DNA of 64,000 nucleotides from the human T2T-CHM13v2.0 reference genome, Homo sapiens. Of this stretch, positions 25,936 through 40,107 are shown in pieces. The stretch lies in assembly GCF_009914755.1 (NCBI RefSeq), contig NC_060925.1; one strand, given 5' to 3'. Each line of letters starts with the position of its first letter. Position 1 is the first letter of the stretch. Under the pieces are notes generated by a model. The model ran no database searches. It was not told the origin of the DNA and was given only the letters and a program-made list of their open reading frames with translations. The position numbers and the translations under genes were made by a program.

Positions 25936-26879
25936 AAGCTGACAATAATATTAGGAAGAACAAAATACATACTCCAGATGAGCTGCAAGTGAATTGCTGT
26001 GAAAGCTCAGCGGGAGGAGCAGTTTCCCGGCATAGAGAAAACACTCAATAAGATGCTGGTAAATGAAGGCTGATGGAGCTGGTGAGCGCTTGGCTACTGG
26101 TGAAATACTGGCTCCCAGACATGCTCTGCAAAGCAGCCTCATCTTGGCCCACTCCACTTCTGCACCACCTCTGCCCACCACAGACCCCCACCTGAGGCCC
26201 TGTGATGGGCTCTGACCTTAGCAGAGCTGGCCTGATTCCTTGCAGCATTCTGAGCTCTTCCTCTCTCTATTGAATGCAGGCCAAGCATTGATCTTCCAGC
26301 ATCATCAACATGCCACATCACTTTGCAAAACCTGCATCTTACAGGCTAAGCTAATAACCCCCAAGGGATCTTAGGCAGGAGGCTCAGGTTGCAGAAAAAT
26401 TGGTTCAGTTCTGAGCCCTGTTGTGACTAATATTTTCTACCTTCTATTAAATGAGGATCTTATCAATCTGGGGGCTTCTTTTGCTCTGCATAGGAAATTG
26501 AATAGAGAGAAGTACAAGACAGCAAAAAGGGGAAGGAGTGAAACACATAGCAGCATCGGGAATTTTGTCAAGAGACATAGAAGTGCCCAGCAGTTGACAG
26601 TTTCTCTGTTGTACAAATAGAAGCAGCCTGTTGACTTAATACAATAAAATCCCAGGGGCACTCTGTGATGTTTCATAATCATGTCTGGGACTTGCAGTTT
26701 TGAGATTTGCAAAGCTTTATTCTAATGGCAAAGTGGAACCAAAGCAGACCCTTTGAAAGAGGTGACCTCAGCAGCCCTGTGGGTCAGGGGAGCAGGGTGT
26801 GGCCCAGGGGACCTTGGGAAGGGTCCCCTCAAGGCATCGGCACAAGGCAGAGGAAGGGTCAGGGTCTGTAGGGGAAGGT

Positions 26880-26961
26880 CTGGATTTGGGTCCTGGCTCT
26901 CTACAAACCAGACATAAAACCTTAGATAAATCACTTCACCTTTGTGAACCTCAGCCTTCTC
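26880..26961 (+). mobile_element. MIR (left part; resumes after the Alu at ~27375-27420)
   Basis: tgggtcctggctct...accttagataaatcacttcacctttgtgaacctcagccttctca. Confidence 0.65.
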
Positions 26962-27373
<412 letters not shown>

Positions 27374-27619
27374 AGGAGTAATAAGATCTCTGACAGGATG
27401 GTTCAGAGATGTAAACACTGTGAAGTCATTTTCCAAAAGACAGAAATCAGCGCAATGAGGATTTAAACACAGTGAATTTATTGGCCAAAACCATAGATAT
27501 AGATAGGGTTAGCAAACATGAAGAAACAAGTTTTTCTTTTCTTCATTTTTTGAGAATTGACTATTTGTCATCTCTTGAGACTTCAAGTTCCTAAAATGGC
27601 AATTAAGTATAATTATAAT

Positions 27620-27810
27620 GACCATTTATTGAGTGCATGCTCTGTGCCCCACAAGCCCTGTGTTAACTTCTCCATAGGTATTAACTCATGTAATCCTCAC
27701 AACATTCCTATGAGATAGGAATTTCACAGATAAATAAAGAGTTAGAGAGGTAAGTAATTTTCCCAAAGTTACACAATTAGAGGCAGAGGCCAGATTTGGA
27801 CCCAGAGCTA
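27620..27810 (-). mobile_element. MIR
   Basis: catttattgagtgc...taactcatgtaatcctcacaac...agagaggtaagtaattttcccaaagttacac. Confidence 0.75.
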
Positions 27811-28784
27811 AATCTTCTTCTGGGCTAGTTTTGATTTTAAAAACAGAGGCAAGAAGATGGCCCATTCTGAACCAGTGTCACTTTCCTAGGCCATAAAGAA
27901 CAGAGTCCTGAAGTCTCTCATTTCCTTACCCTCTTCCTGGGACTTTTACCAGAGTAAGAACAGAGAAAAACCAAAGCTTGAAGCTTACAGGTTCCAGCCC
28001 TTCACTGATGCCATTGCCCGCTGCTACCCTGGCAGCAGGCAATAATAGTAATTGTCATTCCAGGAGCCACATTTATTGAGCAGTTGCTAGCTATGCTCAG
28101 CATTCAACCCTCATCTCATTTAACCTGTTTGTCCTGCTCTAGAACTTCCCCTACTTTACAAGTGAGTAAACAGATCAGATCAAGAGAGATTGAAATTCCA
28201 CGTTCTGAGTCTTATAATGTAAAGTGGCATGGCCCCTCTTGTTTCTGCTGTATTCACTTGAGACTCAGAGCCCATTAATTCTGTAAATGTTGCTTATGCA
28301 GCCCACTCGATGCCAACGCTAACAGCCAGTGGAAGGAAGCTGGTTTCTGGAAACTCACCACAGGCAGCCTGCACCTGTCTTTCCAAATTGCTTTGAGATG
28401 AGCTGAATTCGGACCCCTCCCCCTGGTGTGGTGATGGTAGTGGGAGATCGGAATGGAAGAGAAGGAAGGCTGAACAGTTTCCTCCCACCTAGGAGTGGGG
28501 TGCACCACAGCAGTGCAGACTGAGGAGCCCCACGCAGTGCTTTCAGGCCAGAGCAGGCTCTCTTCCCTCAGGACAGACTCACTCCGCAGCAGATTCCTGA
28601 GATTCCACATGGCTCTATGGTGAGGCCTTATCCTGCTGACCTCTCAGCCCAGGCTGCCCAGGGGCAACCACCCACCACTCCCAGAAGGAGCCCTGTCTCA
28701 GTCAAGGCCTCTGAGCTCACTCTGCTTGGCTGCTTGCTAGGGCTAAAGCCTCAGTGTGGTCAAACAGTGTAGGAGATATGGAGG

Positions 28785-28885
28785 GTGAGAGAGGGAGAAA
28801 AGAAGAAGCGGAAGGAAGGGGAAGAAGAAGAAAGGGAAGGAGGGAAGGAAAGGACTTTGGAAGGGGTGCAGAAGGGAAGGGAGGT
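28785..28885 (+). repeat. GA-rich low-complexity tract
   Basis: gaagaagcggaaggaaggggaagaagaagaaagggaagg. Confidence 0.8.
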
Positions 28886-30464
28886 CAGGCAGAAAAAACA
28901 GAAGCCACATGTTGATGTCCAGTCTCCCTGCCCAGACAGGGCAAGAGAACAGGCCCCCGCCATGTATCTCTGAGGCCCAAGCTGGACATGAGGACACGTA
29001 GGCCTGGTCTTGGGGTGGAAACTCCCGCAGTTCCAGAGGGGTGAGATGTTAATACAGTCAGAACTGAAACTAGAAGGCCTGGACCAAAGCACCAGGTGTA
29101 GACAGGGAAGGACACGAGGCTCAAGCCAAGATTCAAGGCAGTGGGTAGGGGGATGACATGCAGCAGCCTGGGTGAGGGGAGGGTGGAGAGGCAGAAGGAG
29201 GTTGAGACAGAAACTTTCCCTGAGAGACTCCTCCAGTGGAACCTGGGGCTGGACAGGCCTGTATCCTGAGTGGGACGGAGCAGGTTGTCTCACTGTCCCT
29301 TCCTGTTCCTGCCCCCTTCCCTCCTCAGAGCAGTCCACCTGGGCCAGCTCAAAAGCAGAGTCACAAGTGGGCACCTGATTCCTTCCTCCCTGTGCTGAAT
29401 GAGAAGGATGCTTTAGCCCTCCTTATCCATTCTGCAGGAATGCATGCAGAGGTGCCTTCCTGGGTGCAGCCCCACTTACCACTTACCAGAGCTTGCTTGT
29501 AAGTCCTCCCTGAACTGTTGCCTGCCCCGAAGGGACATCAGAGCCATGCTGATACAGCCACAGCACCAGTGCCATTGCAGATGACCTCGTGTTTTATCTC
29601 ATGCCCAGGCTCAATCAAACAGAGACACAGTAAGTTCCTGAAGTGATGGGAACACGTACAGAACAGCACTCAGAGCTCCAGGAGCTAGTTATTTTCATCA
29701 AAACAAACAATCCTTGTTTACTACCCACAGGACAAGGCCTGGTCTTGAGAAGGCCTCCTTCCCTCCCGCCCACCCTCAGCATACAGATACACCCTCCCTC
29801 TCCACCTCCGTGCTGGTGTGCTGGCATGCTGGCGTGGGTCCGAAACCCACATGGGGACCTGGCTGCCTGAGATCCCTCCACCCCACACTGCCTCCCATGG
29901 GCGCCAACCTTTTCAAGCCCCTAACCATTCCCACCAAAATTAACCCAAGCTTCCCTGAGCCCAACTGGGAGTTTCCAGAGGGGAAATAATATTAACTAGC
30001 TGAGCTCCCACTAGACTCCGGACATTGGAATAGCTTTACAAGTGTTCTATCTTCAGTCCTTACAGCAGCTCTTTGGGGAGTTGTGTCAGGAGGAACCTAA
30101 AGCTCAGAGAGGTTAAATACTACACCCAAGATCACACAGCAAAAAGCACCAGTGCCAATATCTCAAAGTATTTTTTTTTCACTCAGCTAGTCCAATTTTT
30201 AACATTTTTCTGAAGTCTAAACTAAGTTAGACGGGGATGGACTTTATTCAACTTTGTATGCCCTAGAGCTGGCCTACTGCTCAGTAGGTAAGAGGTAGAA
30301 CCTCAATGTTGAATTAACGAATAGATGAATAAATGAATGAATAAGAGACAATGCATATGTTGAAATGAACCTTGATGATGATAAATGAAGATGTTAGTCT
30401 TCTCAGATAACATCCTTATGTATTTGTATGCTAAGGACAATTCTGAAGCAATGGTCCTATTTTA

Positions 30465-30840
<376 letters not shown>

Positions 30841-30968
30841 TCAGCATTAAAAGGAGCCCACATTGATATATCAGGAAGAATTATTGTTGATACTGTTAGA
30901 GAACAGAACATTCTGTGTCCAAATATTTGAAAGCTGGGTAAGGGTGTGTGGAAGAGGAAGAGGTTCTA

Positions 30969-31152
<184 letters not shown>

Positions 31153-31339
31153 AGGAGTAGGATCAAAAAGTGAAAATGTGGTGGGGCTGATCTATCATGA
31201 ACATATTTGATTTCAGGCATTCATTCAACAGATTTTTGGGGGGCACCTCCTGCAAGTGAGGCACAATTGAAGGTGTCTAAAGAAGAAATCTTATCTAAAT
31301 TGCGATGCCTCTAAGAAAAATTACACAAAATTTACTAGG

Positions 31340-31425
31340 GGCTTTTCTTAGGGCCTTGAAAAAGATCTATATGAGTAAGGGGCCCTGAAGTTTAGACTAT
31401 CACTTTCACAGTCAGTTCGCCTCTA
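31340..31425 (-). mobile_element. MER115/Zaphod-like hAT-Tip100 terminus
   Basis: agggccttgaa...ggggccctgaagtttag...tttcacagtcagttcgcctct. Confidence 0.4.
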
Positions 31426-31449
31426 CCCTGTGCACTTCCTCCCTCATCA

Positions 31450-31860
31450 GTAATCCTTAAATTTTATTATTTATGCTTTCATCAAAAACAAGCAACTATA
31501 TGTATTTATATCCCCCTTTTCTTAAATAAAAATAAAATACTATACTTGTTTTCCAACTTGAGTTAATATAGCCTCTAGATAGCTTATAGCAGTATATATA
31601 ATTATTCCTCATTTCTTTTTATAGCTGCATAATATTCCATTATGTGGATATACCATTGTTTATTCAACTATTTCCCTGTTGATGAACATTTCATTACTTT
31701 CTAATCTTTTACTGCTAAACAATAATCCAGTGAATGACTTGGAGTGTCATCTTCTTAATATTTGTGCCATCAAATCTTTTGGATGGATTACTAGCTGTGG
31801 GATTGCCAAAGGGTCAATACATACGTAATTCTGTTAGATATTGCCAAATTCCTTTCCATG
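31450..31860 (-). mobile_element. Old L1M fragment
   Basis: ttttatagctgcataatattccattatgtggatataccat...gatattgccaaatt. Confidence 0.7.
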
Positions 31861-32539
31861 GGGGTTGTAGCTGAGGCCTCTCTTAATACCAGCCTCTCCC
31901 GCCACCTGCTGCTGCTTCATGCACTGCCCATAAAGTGTGGCCCACAACCACCTCCAGAGTGGCCAGTATCTAGGGAACACTCTGAGAAGAGGGAGAATCA
32001 CAGAATCACACAGTGGCGGGTTGGGAAGGGCCCTGAGGTGGAGACACCTAGATTACAGGGGCATTGCTAAACTACTGCCATCCAAGGCTGCCTGGAGTCA
32101 ACAGGCTTTGAGGATCTATCTCTGAGTTGGGAGATGATTAGTAACAATGTAACATCAATAATGATCTGAAAGATAATTATTATCAGCTTAATAATAATCT
32201 GAAAGATCAGATGGAACAGAGGAGTACTGGAATTGCAGGTAGCTGTGCTCGATGTGCCTCATGCCCACTGGGGCCTCCAGACCCCAGGGCCAGAAGAAAA
32301 GGGCCTCAGCTCTTCAGGGAGAGATCCTGTCCACCCTCTCAGTGTGTGTTCACACTCAAAACTATAAGGTCAGTAAGTTGGACAGCAGCTTCCCAGGACT
32401 TAGCTTATTTATAGCACAAACTATAAATATGACCCCCTCCCCAGCCCACCCCTCCCTTGTGAAAATGGTGTAAAGAGAACAATGCAGCAGGACGGGCCAT
32501 GTTGCCATCTGTGACTCTCTTCCTACAACAAATGCTTCA

Positions 32540-32611
32540 CAGCTGCACGTCACCTGCCAGCTCCGTCAGCGCGCTGGTGTACTTGAGCTGACGGCATTCA
32601 GGGTGCAGCTG
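32540..32611. promoter_or_regulatory. Candidate regulatory dyad / hairpin with E-boxes and MAF-like half-sites
   Basis: nested inverted repeats cagctgcac/gtgcagctg, cctg/cagg, ccgtcagc/gctgacgg; 5 CpGs in 72 bp. Confidence 0.35.
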
Positions 32612-33066
32612 GGGCAGGGCCAGTGGAATCCCAACCCTCTGTTAGGAAGGAAACCTCATCCCTTCTCAGGAATAGCTTGACAACAGGACAGCCCTCAGAG
32701 GTCACCCCAAATGCTCCTGAGAGAATAAAGAACCATTCCATGACCAAAGAGACTGTACCATGAGGCAGTGCAGGCAACGCTGGGCATCCCCAGCAGGTAC
32801 CTCAGTCCTTCCAGAGTGTGCAGCAACATAAGGCTCTTTTTAAAGCTTTTACACCACACAGTACAGCTGGGAGCAACACATTCCCACTCCAGCACAGAGG
32901 CATGTGAAATAGACCCATCAGAAACTGAGAGCAAGTACATTTCAAATTTGCCTCTCCACTTGGAAAACTTGGAGGACAAATTTTATGTCCACATTTTGTC
33001 ACTGATTCTATTATTTCCAGGTCAATATTATTGTTTTTAAATGATTAGGATCACACTCATTTCTTT

Positions 33067-33230
33067 TTTCTTTTTTTTTTCTTTTACTTTAAGTTCTAGG
33101 GTACGTGTGCACAAAGTGCAGGTTTGTTACCTATGTGTACATGTGCCATGTTGGTGTGCTGCACCCATTAACTCGTCATTTACATTAGGTATATCTCCTA
33201 ATGCTATCCCTCCCCCCTCCCCATACCCCA
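33067..33230 (-). mobile_element. Young L1PA (L1PA3/4-like) 3' tip
   Basis: tactttaagttctagggtacgtgtgcac...aactcgtcatttacattaggtatatctcctaatgc; perfect 15-bp TSD cacactcatttcttt (33052-33066 / 33231-33245). Confidence 0.95.
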
Positions 33231-33611
33231 CACACTCATTTCTTTGTAATTGTTCCAGGCCGTCAGGGGCTTTGTTCTTCTCTGCCCTTCTTAACTTAGC
33301 AGCCAGCCCTCTCTCCCTGCACTCGAGCATTTGCAATCTGTCTGCGGCTCGAAAGAAAAGCCAAGGGGCCCTCGTCTCTGGCTGCTCCTAGTCCTGACTC
33401 CAGATTCATTGCAGCGTTGCTTGGGTTGCTTTGCTTGAAGCTTAAGGAGAAATAATTAGGGAGGACTTCAGCTTGTCCTGGACAGGAAAGGATTTAAAGA
33501 AACCATCCCTGCATCTGAACATGGCCTAACAATGATACAGCCTCTACCAAATGTGACTGTGGCTACAGCCTAGGAAGAAGAGGGTGCTTTTAAATCTCCC
33601 ACTCCTCATCT

Positions 33612-34075
33612 GTACACCCACATTCATAGCAGCATTATTCACAATAGCCAAAAGATGACAGCAACCTGTGTCCATCAACAGAGGAATGGATAAACAAAAT
33701 ATGGTCTATGCATACAATGGCATATTATTCAGCCTTAAAAAGGAAGGAAATTCTGATACATGTTACAACATAGATGAAACTGGAGTGAAATAAGCCAGAC
33801 ACAAAAAGATAAAAACTATATGATTCTACTTACATGAAGTACCTAGAGTAGTAAAATTCAAAGAGATAGAAGTAGAATGGTGGTTGTTGGGGCTGGGAGA
33901 GGAGAAAATGGGGAGTTTTTTTTAACAGGTATGGAGTTTTGGATTGGGAAGATGAAAAAGTTATGGAAATAGATGATGGTGATGGTTGCACAACAATATC
34001 AATGTACTTGATGCCACTTAAAATTGTTAAAGTGGTAAATTTTATGTTATGTATATTTATACCATTAAAAAATAA
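33612..34075 (+). mobile_element. L1MB 3' end
   Basis: ttcatagcagcattattcacaatagccaaaag...cagccttaaaaaggaaggaaattctgatac...ggtaaattttatgttatgtatattt. Confidence 0.88.
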
Positions 34076-34371
34076 TTTTTTTTTTCTGGAGATGGAGTTT
34101 GGCTCTGTCACCCAGGTTGCAGTGCAGTGGTGTGATCTCGGCTCACTGCAACCTCTGCCTCCTGAGTTCAAGCGATTCTCCTGCCTTAGGCTCCTGAGTA
34201 GCTGGGACTACTGGCATACACCACCATGCCTGGCTAATTTTTGAATTTTTTACTGGAGATGGGGTTTCACCATATTGGCCTGGCTGGTTTTGAACTCCTG
34301 ACCTCAAGTGATCCACCCTCCTTGGCCTCCCAAAGTGGTAGGATTACAGGCATGAGCCACCACACCCTGCC
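34076..34371 (-). mobile_element. AluS SINE inserted in the L1MB tail
   Basis: gagatggagtttggctctgtcacccagg...cctcaagtgatccaccc...catgagccacc. Confidence 0.94.
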
Positions 34372-35904
34372 ACAAAAAATAAAATTAAAAAAAATAAATT
34401 TTTTAAAAAAGGTTTATGCCAACAGTCATTTAAAATGTACACTTGCTTTAAGGATTAATGCAACAATGAGTTTAAAATAAGTGCGTGATTTATCAAAAAA
34501 GAGGGTGAGTCTACAAAGAGATCATAAGACAAAAGTGAAGGAAACCAGGACAGATGAGGGCCTCGGGACAGGGCCTAACAGTAAGGAGAAACTCGAGGGA
34601 AGTAGGGTTAACTCTAAGGTATGACCACATTTGAAGTAGCCTGGAGAAGTCAGTGAAAAAAAAATCCTCATTCCTTCAGGCACTATTGTGACTTTAGGGG
34701 ATCCAGACCTGTCTTGAGGGTTCTAGTAGCTACAGTTGAGATCTAAAGCTCAGATACATCATTTCCTTTCAATGACTTGGCCATGTGGATAGAAGAGTGA
34801 AGCATGGGAGCTGATGTGTTGATCTCAGGAGATTGATTGCTGGCTTTCTGTGTCCTTAAGCTCTTCATGGAGAGCTCAGCTGCCCCACCCAGGAGCCATC
34901 CCAGTCTAGAAAAGCAAACCCTCTTTTGACTGTCAATCCACTTGGTGTTTGCTTTTCTCTCCCGGTTCTCAGATTCTTGCTTCTGTGCCCAGGATCCTTT
35001 ATCATCTGGCTCCTTTGACTTGGAAAATCCCCAAATTCTAGCCTTTGGGGCTTCTTAAATGATCTTAGCTCAACCCACAAAACTCCTTGCTTTATTCTCT
35101 AGCAGTGAAGGACAGCATCTCCACTCCTACAGTGCAACTCCCCCTTATGCTCCTCCCAGAAGAGGCAGAAAGAGCCTGCCCTCCAGGTCTTTTTGAGAAG
35201 ACACCTGTGCACTGAGATGTTGAATGCTAGGTCCCCACCCTACAAGGTAGAGGGAGAGCACTGGCCGCTGCAGAAGCCAAGCCTGGAGAGATGGGCTTCC
35301 TGACCTCTGCACAGAGCAGAGTCCTGGACCTTCAGACCCAGAGGCTTTAAGATCAGGGGCCAATCTGGAATCATCTCTGCAGTGAAATAACTGGGTGTCA
35401 GTGATGGCAGCGGCTCCCTGCCTCTGTCATCACACCTGCCAGATTGCTTTCAGGGCAAGGGGCTCCCTTTGGCCTCCTAGTTCCTCAGCATTCACCTTCC
35501 CGCCCTGCTTGTGTCTCTCTCTCTGTTCCACATTAGAACTGGTTGCATTTCAGAGATTCAGAGACATCTAGCCTCAAACAGACCTAGGGAATCTGACCTA
35601 TGAACTTCTGCGTGACTGGCCTGGCCCAGGTTCTGCTGATTACCCTCAGTGAATAATAAACTTTAGCCAAGTCTGATACAGTTGCTAAAGATCACTTACT
35701 CCACTGAAGATCTAACTTGGCTTGTGGGTCCCTATGATTACCATCTGCTTGGGGAAAGAGGAGAAAGTAATGCAGAGTTGCTAAGAGCGCCTGCAAGAGA
35801 GATGTCCTGTTAAGTCTCTCCTGCCTTTTCTCTATAGGCAACCCACCCAAAGAGTCTCACCCTTGACAGCTGAACTGGCTGTGAACCAGAAACCAAACAC
35901 ATAA

Positions 35905-36080
35905 ATTTTCACACACACATGTATACACACATACATGTATGTGACTATATACACACATATATACATTCAAATACACATACATAGCAATATAAATAAATAT
36001 AAGTATGGGTGTATATTTGAATGTATAAGTGTGTGTATATATATTTATTATATATAAGAGATTTATATATATATGAAATA
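35905..36080. repeat. Degenerate (CA)/(TA) low-complexity region
   Basis: cacacacacatgtatacac...tatatatat. Confidence 0.8.
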
Positions 36081-36084
36081 CAGA

Positions 36085-36290
36085 CACTTAGTGCTTACTA
36101 CATACCAGGCTCTGATTTACACACTTCACAAATAGTAGCTCCTTTCATCCTCGTAATGACCCTGTGAGGTAGACAATATTCATGTCCTTATTTTATAGAT
36201 GAGGACATTGAGTCACAGAGAGATGAAGTAAATTTTCCGAGGTCATTCAGCTAGGGAGTAGCAGAGCCAGGATTCAAACCCAGGATGCTC
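36085..36290 (-). mobile_element. MIR
   Basis: tcctcgtaatgaccctgtgaggtag...attttatagatgagg...gcagagccaggattcaaacccagg. Confidence 0.85.
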
Positions 36291-38027
36291 AGCCCTAATC
36301 GCGATGCAAAATCTGATGTAAAGCACTTGGTATGCAACAGGTACTGGGCAATGATAGGAGGATTAGCATTATTATTTTACCCAGCTTCAACTCAGCTACC
36401 TTTTCACTGTGTAACACTGGAAAAATGCCCGGGAACAAGCTTCTTTGGTAAATGGCTGGTTCTAGTCAAGTCAGGGATACAGGATGATACAAAGTGATTC
36501 CACATACATGACCTTTTGCACTCCTGCATTTAATATTAGTTGGTTTGTCTAAAGACCTATAACTGATCATGATTTCTAATTTTCCAGAGGCATAAATCTG
36601 AGTCATGTATTGGATTCAGAATCTGGTTTCTGAGCACTGATCTTGTTGTCAGTGAATGGGCTGAGCCACCTGTGACACATCTGCATCACGTCATAGCTTT
36701 ATTACCCTCTGTTGCTGCTTTTCATGTAGAAATTTGTGAATGACAAAAACTCATGTTTCTTTATGGAAAATGGATGCCACAAGAATGATAACTGCTGGTG
36801 CTGATGATGGAAGCAAAGAGATATAAAAAAATGGTCATTCATTCTTCAAAATGGGAGTCTTAAACAAGTTGAAGAAGAGTGGAACATGGGATTGGCAGTG
36901 ACCCAGATCTGTGTCATGATCACGTCTACCATAAGCTCTATGCAAAACCTCAGAATAAGTGGTTTGTGAATTTCTACAGATATTTGTCTGGAAAACTGTG
37001 TGAAATCTGAAAGGATGGGAACTTGAGGTATGAGAACGTGTAAAGAGAAGAGGAGACCTGACCGAAATGATATGCTATAGAAGTCTTTACCATTTTAAGA
37101 ATTTCCCCAGGTCTGATGGAAGCTTCATGAATGCAATGGATTTGCTCTACCTAAGTACACAGCTTGGTAGGGGATTGGATATAGAAATCCCTTTCTCTTT
37201 TTATTCAGGGAAGAAAGCAAATGGGAGCATCTGGGATCATGAGGGTATCGTGTTGGAGTGAGCTGGGCTAAGACTCCCCATGACCCATCCCTGGCCACAG
37301 CCAAAGGGCTGGCTCGAGACTCCTCCCCAGCCTCTCCATTCCCAAGGCAGCACAGATTCCTGCTTCACGATTGGCAGGTTCAAGTATGATCGCTCTACCC
37401 TTGGCCTCATTTCCTCAATGCCCTGCCCTCCTTTATTCCTCTGCTTTCCTGGCTTCAGTGTTTCTACCAGCATTTTCAATATAGAAGGGGACTCATCAGA
37501 TCAGCTTCTACCAGGGCTGATATTTAACTTGCTGAGGAGCCAACAGTTGTGACATTAAGAAAGAACAGTAAGAGCAACGGTGTCACTGAAAACAAGGATA
37601 ACTAGTGGGCTATTTTATGCACAAATGGTCCTTTGCCATTCCCATCAAGCTGAAAACAAATATCCTGAAACTATTGATCAGCAGCCAGTTAAATTAAATA
37701 TCTAATTAAAAGAGAACTAGAGCTGTTTTAAAATCAGACACTTCAAACACTTGCCAGTCAGAACATGATGAAACTGGGGGTTTTAACTCAGTAGCAGCAG
37801 CAAATAAAATATTTACAGATCTAAGCTGAAATAAATGCATAGATTCTCATTTTTAAGGAGGATGCACATAGTGCTATTTCAAACACACCCTGGCGAATAC
37901 TTGATGCCTCTGATTTAGAGAATGTGCGGGGAGCACCATTTGTCAGGAAATGGGATAGAACCATCCAATGTTTCCAAGTGTGATCATTTCTAATGGAACA
38001 GGGAGAACTCTACAAATGGAATTCAAG

Positions 38028-38185
38028 TAGGATTGCCAGATGAAATACAGGAGAATGAATTGTCTTTTGAATGTATGTCCCAAATATTGCATGGGACATA
38101 CTTATACTAAAATTTTATCTGTTTACCTGAAATTCAAATTTAACCAGGCATGCTGTATTTTTATTTGCTAAATCTGGCAACCCTA
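38028..38185. mobile_element. MER53 palindromic DNA transposon
   Basis: TIRs taggattgccagat / atctggcaacccta; core gtatgtcccaaatattgcatgggacatac; 8-bp TSD aattcaag / aatccaag. Confidence 0.9.
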
Positions 38186-38539
38186 AATCCAAGATTGTAA
38201 GTAACCCCGGTGACCTGGGAGAATAGTTGGGTGACCAGCAGAAGAGAATCCTGGAGTGGTTCAAGTGCTGCAAGGGTGTCGTGTGAGAATTCGAGCTTCC
38301 GTCTCTTCATTTGTACAGGGGAGAATGATACTGTGCAGAGCTGCTGCTGTAAGGATTATCTGTGAAGTCATAAATCACATAAATGTCTGTCACATTTCCT
38401 GTATGCAGGAAATAGCAGTCACTATTGGTATGTAGAGGGCCTATAGCCAACGAGCGGCAAACAATAAGCCCTTAATATAAATTGGTTCTTATCTCTAAAA
38501 GAAAGAGAGCTGTTAGGTAAGAGTGGCCATCATTTATGA

Positions 38540-38887
<348 letters not shown>

Positions 38888-40007
38888 TAAGCCTCATTGA
38901 AGATCCTACAAAAATAGATATGATTATTATCTTTTCATGGGAATAGAAACCAAAGCTCAGCGTTTAGTTGACCTAATATTATACCTGTGAGAGGCAGAGC
39001 TAGGATCCAAACCTGCTTAACTCCAAATCCTGTGATCCTTTAACCATATCACACTATTCCTCACCATTTGACTCCAGGCAGGTAAGAATCTTGCTAGAAT
39101 AACAGATTACTATGTTTGCCACAGAACTGACATCAACTTAACCTCTTCTTGTGATAAATTTTTATCTCCAATAATTGGGGAATTTTTTTTTTCCTGTAGG
39201 AACTCATCTGCAGTCTCATGATGAAGTCAGTGAAGAAATGGATTTTGCATTTTAGAAACTCATTTTATTGTCTACCTGGCTGATATGCCTATTTTGCATA
39301 AAATAACAGATAATTGTAAAATTTTAAAATAAAAATACATAATCCTTTTGGAAAACTGGCAGGAAGTTAGATGGTAACTACAGATTACTTACCAGCTTCT
39401 TTCTTGTCCCAGTCATCCTCACTGTACCACCTCATTTGTTTAAACTGAACCCCAAAAGCCTGCTGCTCTTTCCCCTGTGGGCTTCACTGGTTAGAATAGG
39501 AAATAAAATGGTGGGCAGGGAGGCTGCCATGCTGGAAAAAGAGAGCTTTCGGAGGAAGGACAACCCTGAAAAGTCAATGCCTCTTTTTATAGCAATAAAA
39601 AGGCTCTTAGTTGGGGCATCACCCAGGAAGGAAGAATTCCTCCTTTGAAGGAAACCATGTTGTGGGGAGAACATGACTCAGTGTCATTTCTTGCAGGATT
39701 TAATGCATGGGGGACTTTTGGGGAAGACGCAGGAGCCAGTGTCGTGCCAACCATGCCTGGAAGGGGAGGTCAAGACATAAAGCCAAAACAATCCATAGAA
39801 AAGAGAGATTTTGCCAATCCATACTGAAAACGCTTTCCTCCCCAATGCCTTGGATAGTTGTCTAAAATGTCAGAATGGGGAGACACAGCCAAGTGCTTTC
39901 AGTATGCATGTTCTCAGTAAGACTTTACCTTCCATTTTTTTTATTGATAAGAATATCCCAGTACTTTGGGATTGTCACCTAATCCTACTTAGTTTTTTTT
40001 TTCCTAC

Positions 40008-40107
40008 TTTTTTATTGTGATAAAATACACATAACATGAAATTTACCATCTTCACCATTTCTAAATTTACAGTTCAGCAGTGTTAACATCGATGACATTG
40101 TGCAACG
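40008..40107 (-). mobile_element. L1MB 3' tip
   Basis: ttattgtgataaaatacacataacatgaaatttaccatct...tacagttcag. Confidence 0.75.
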
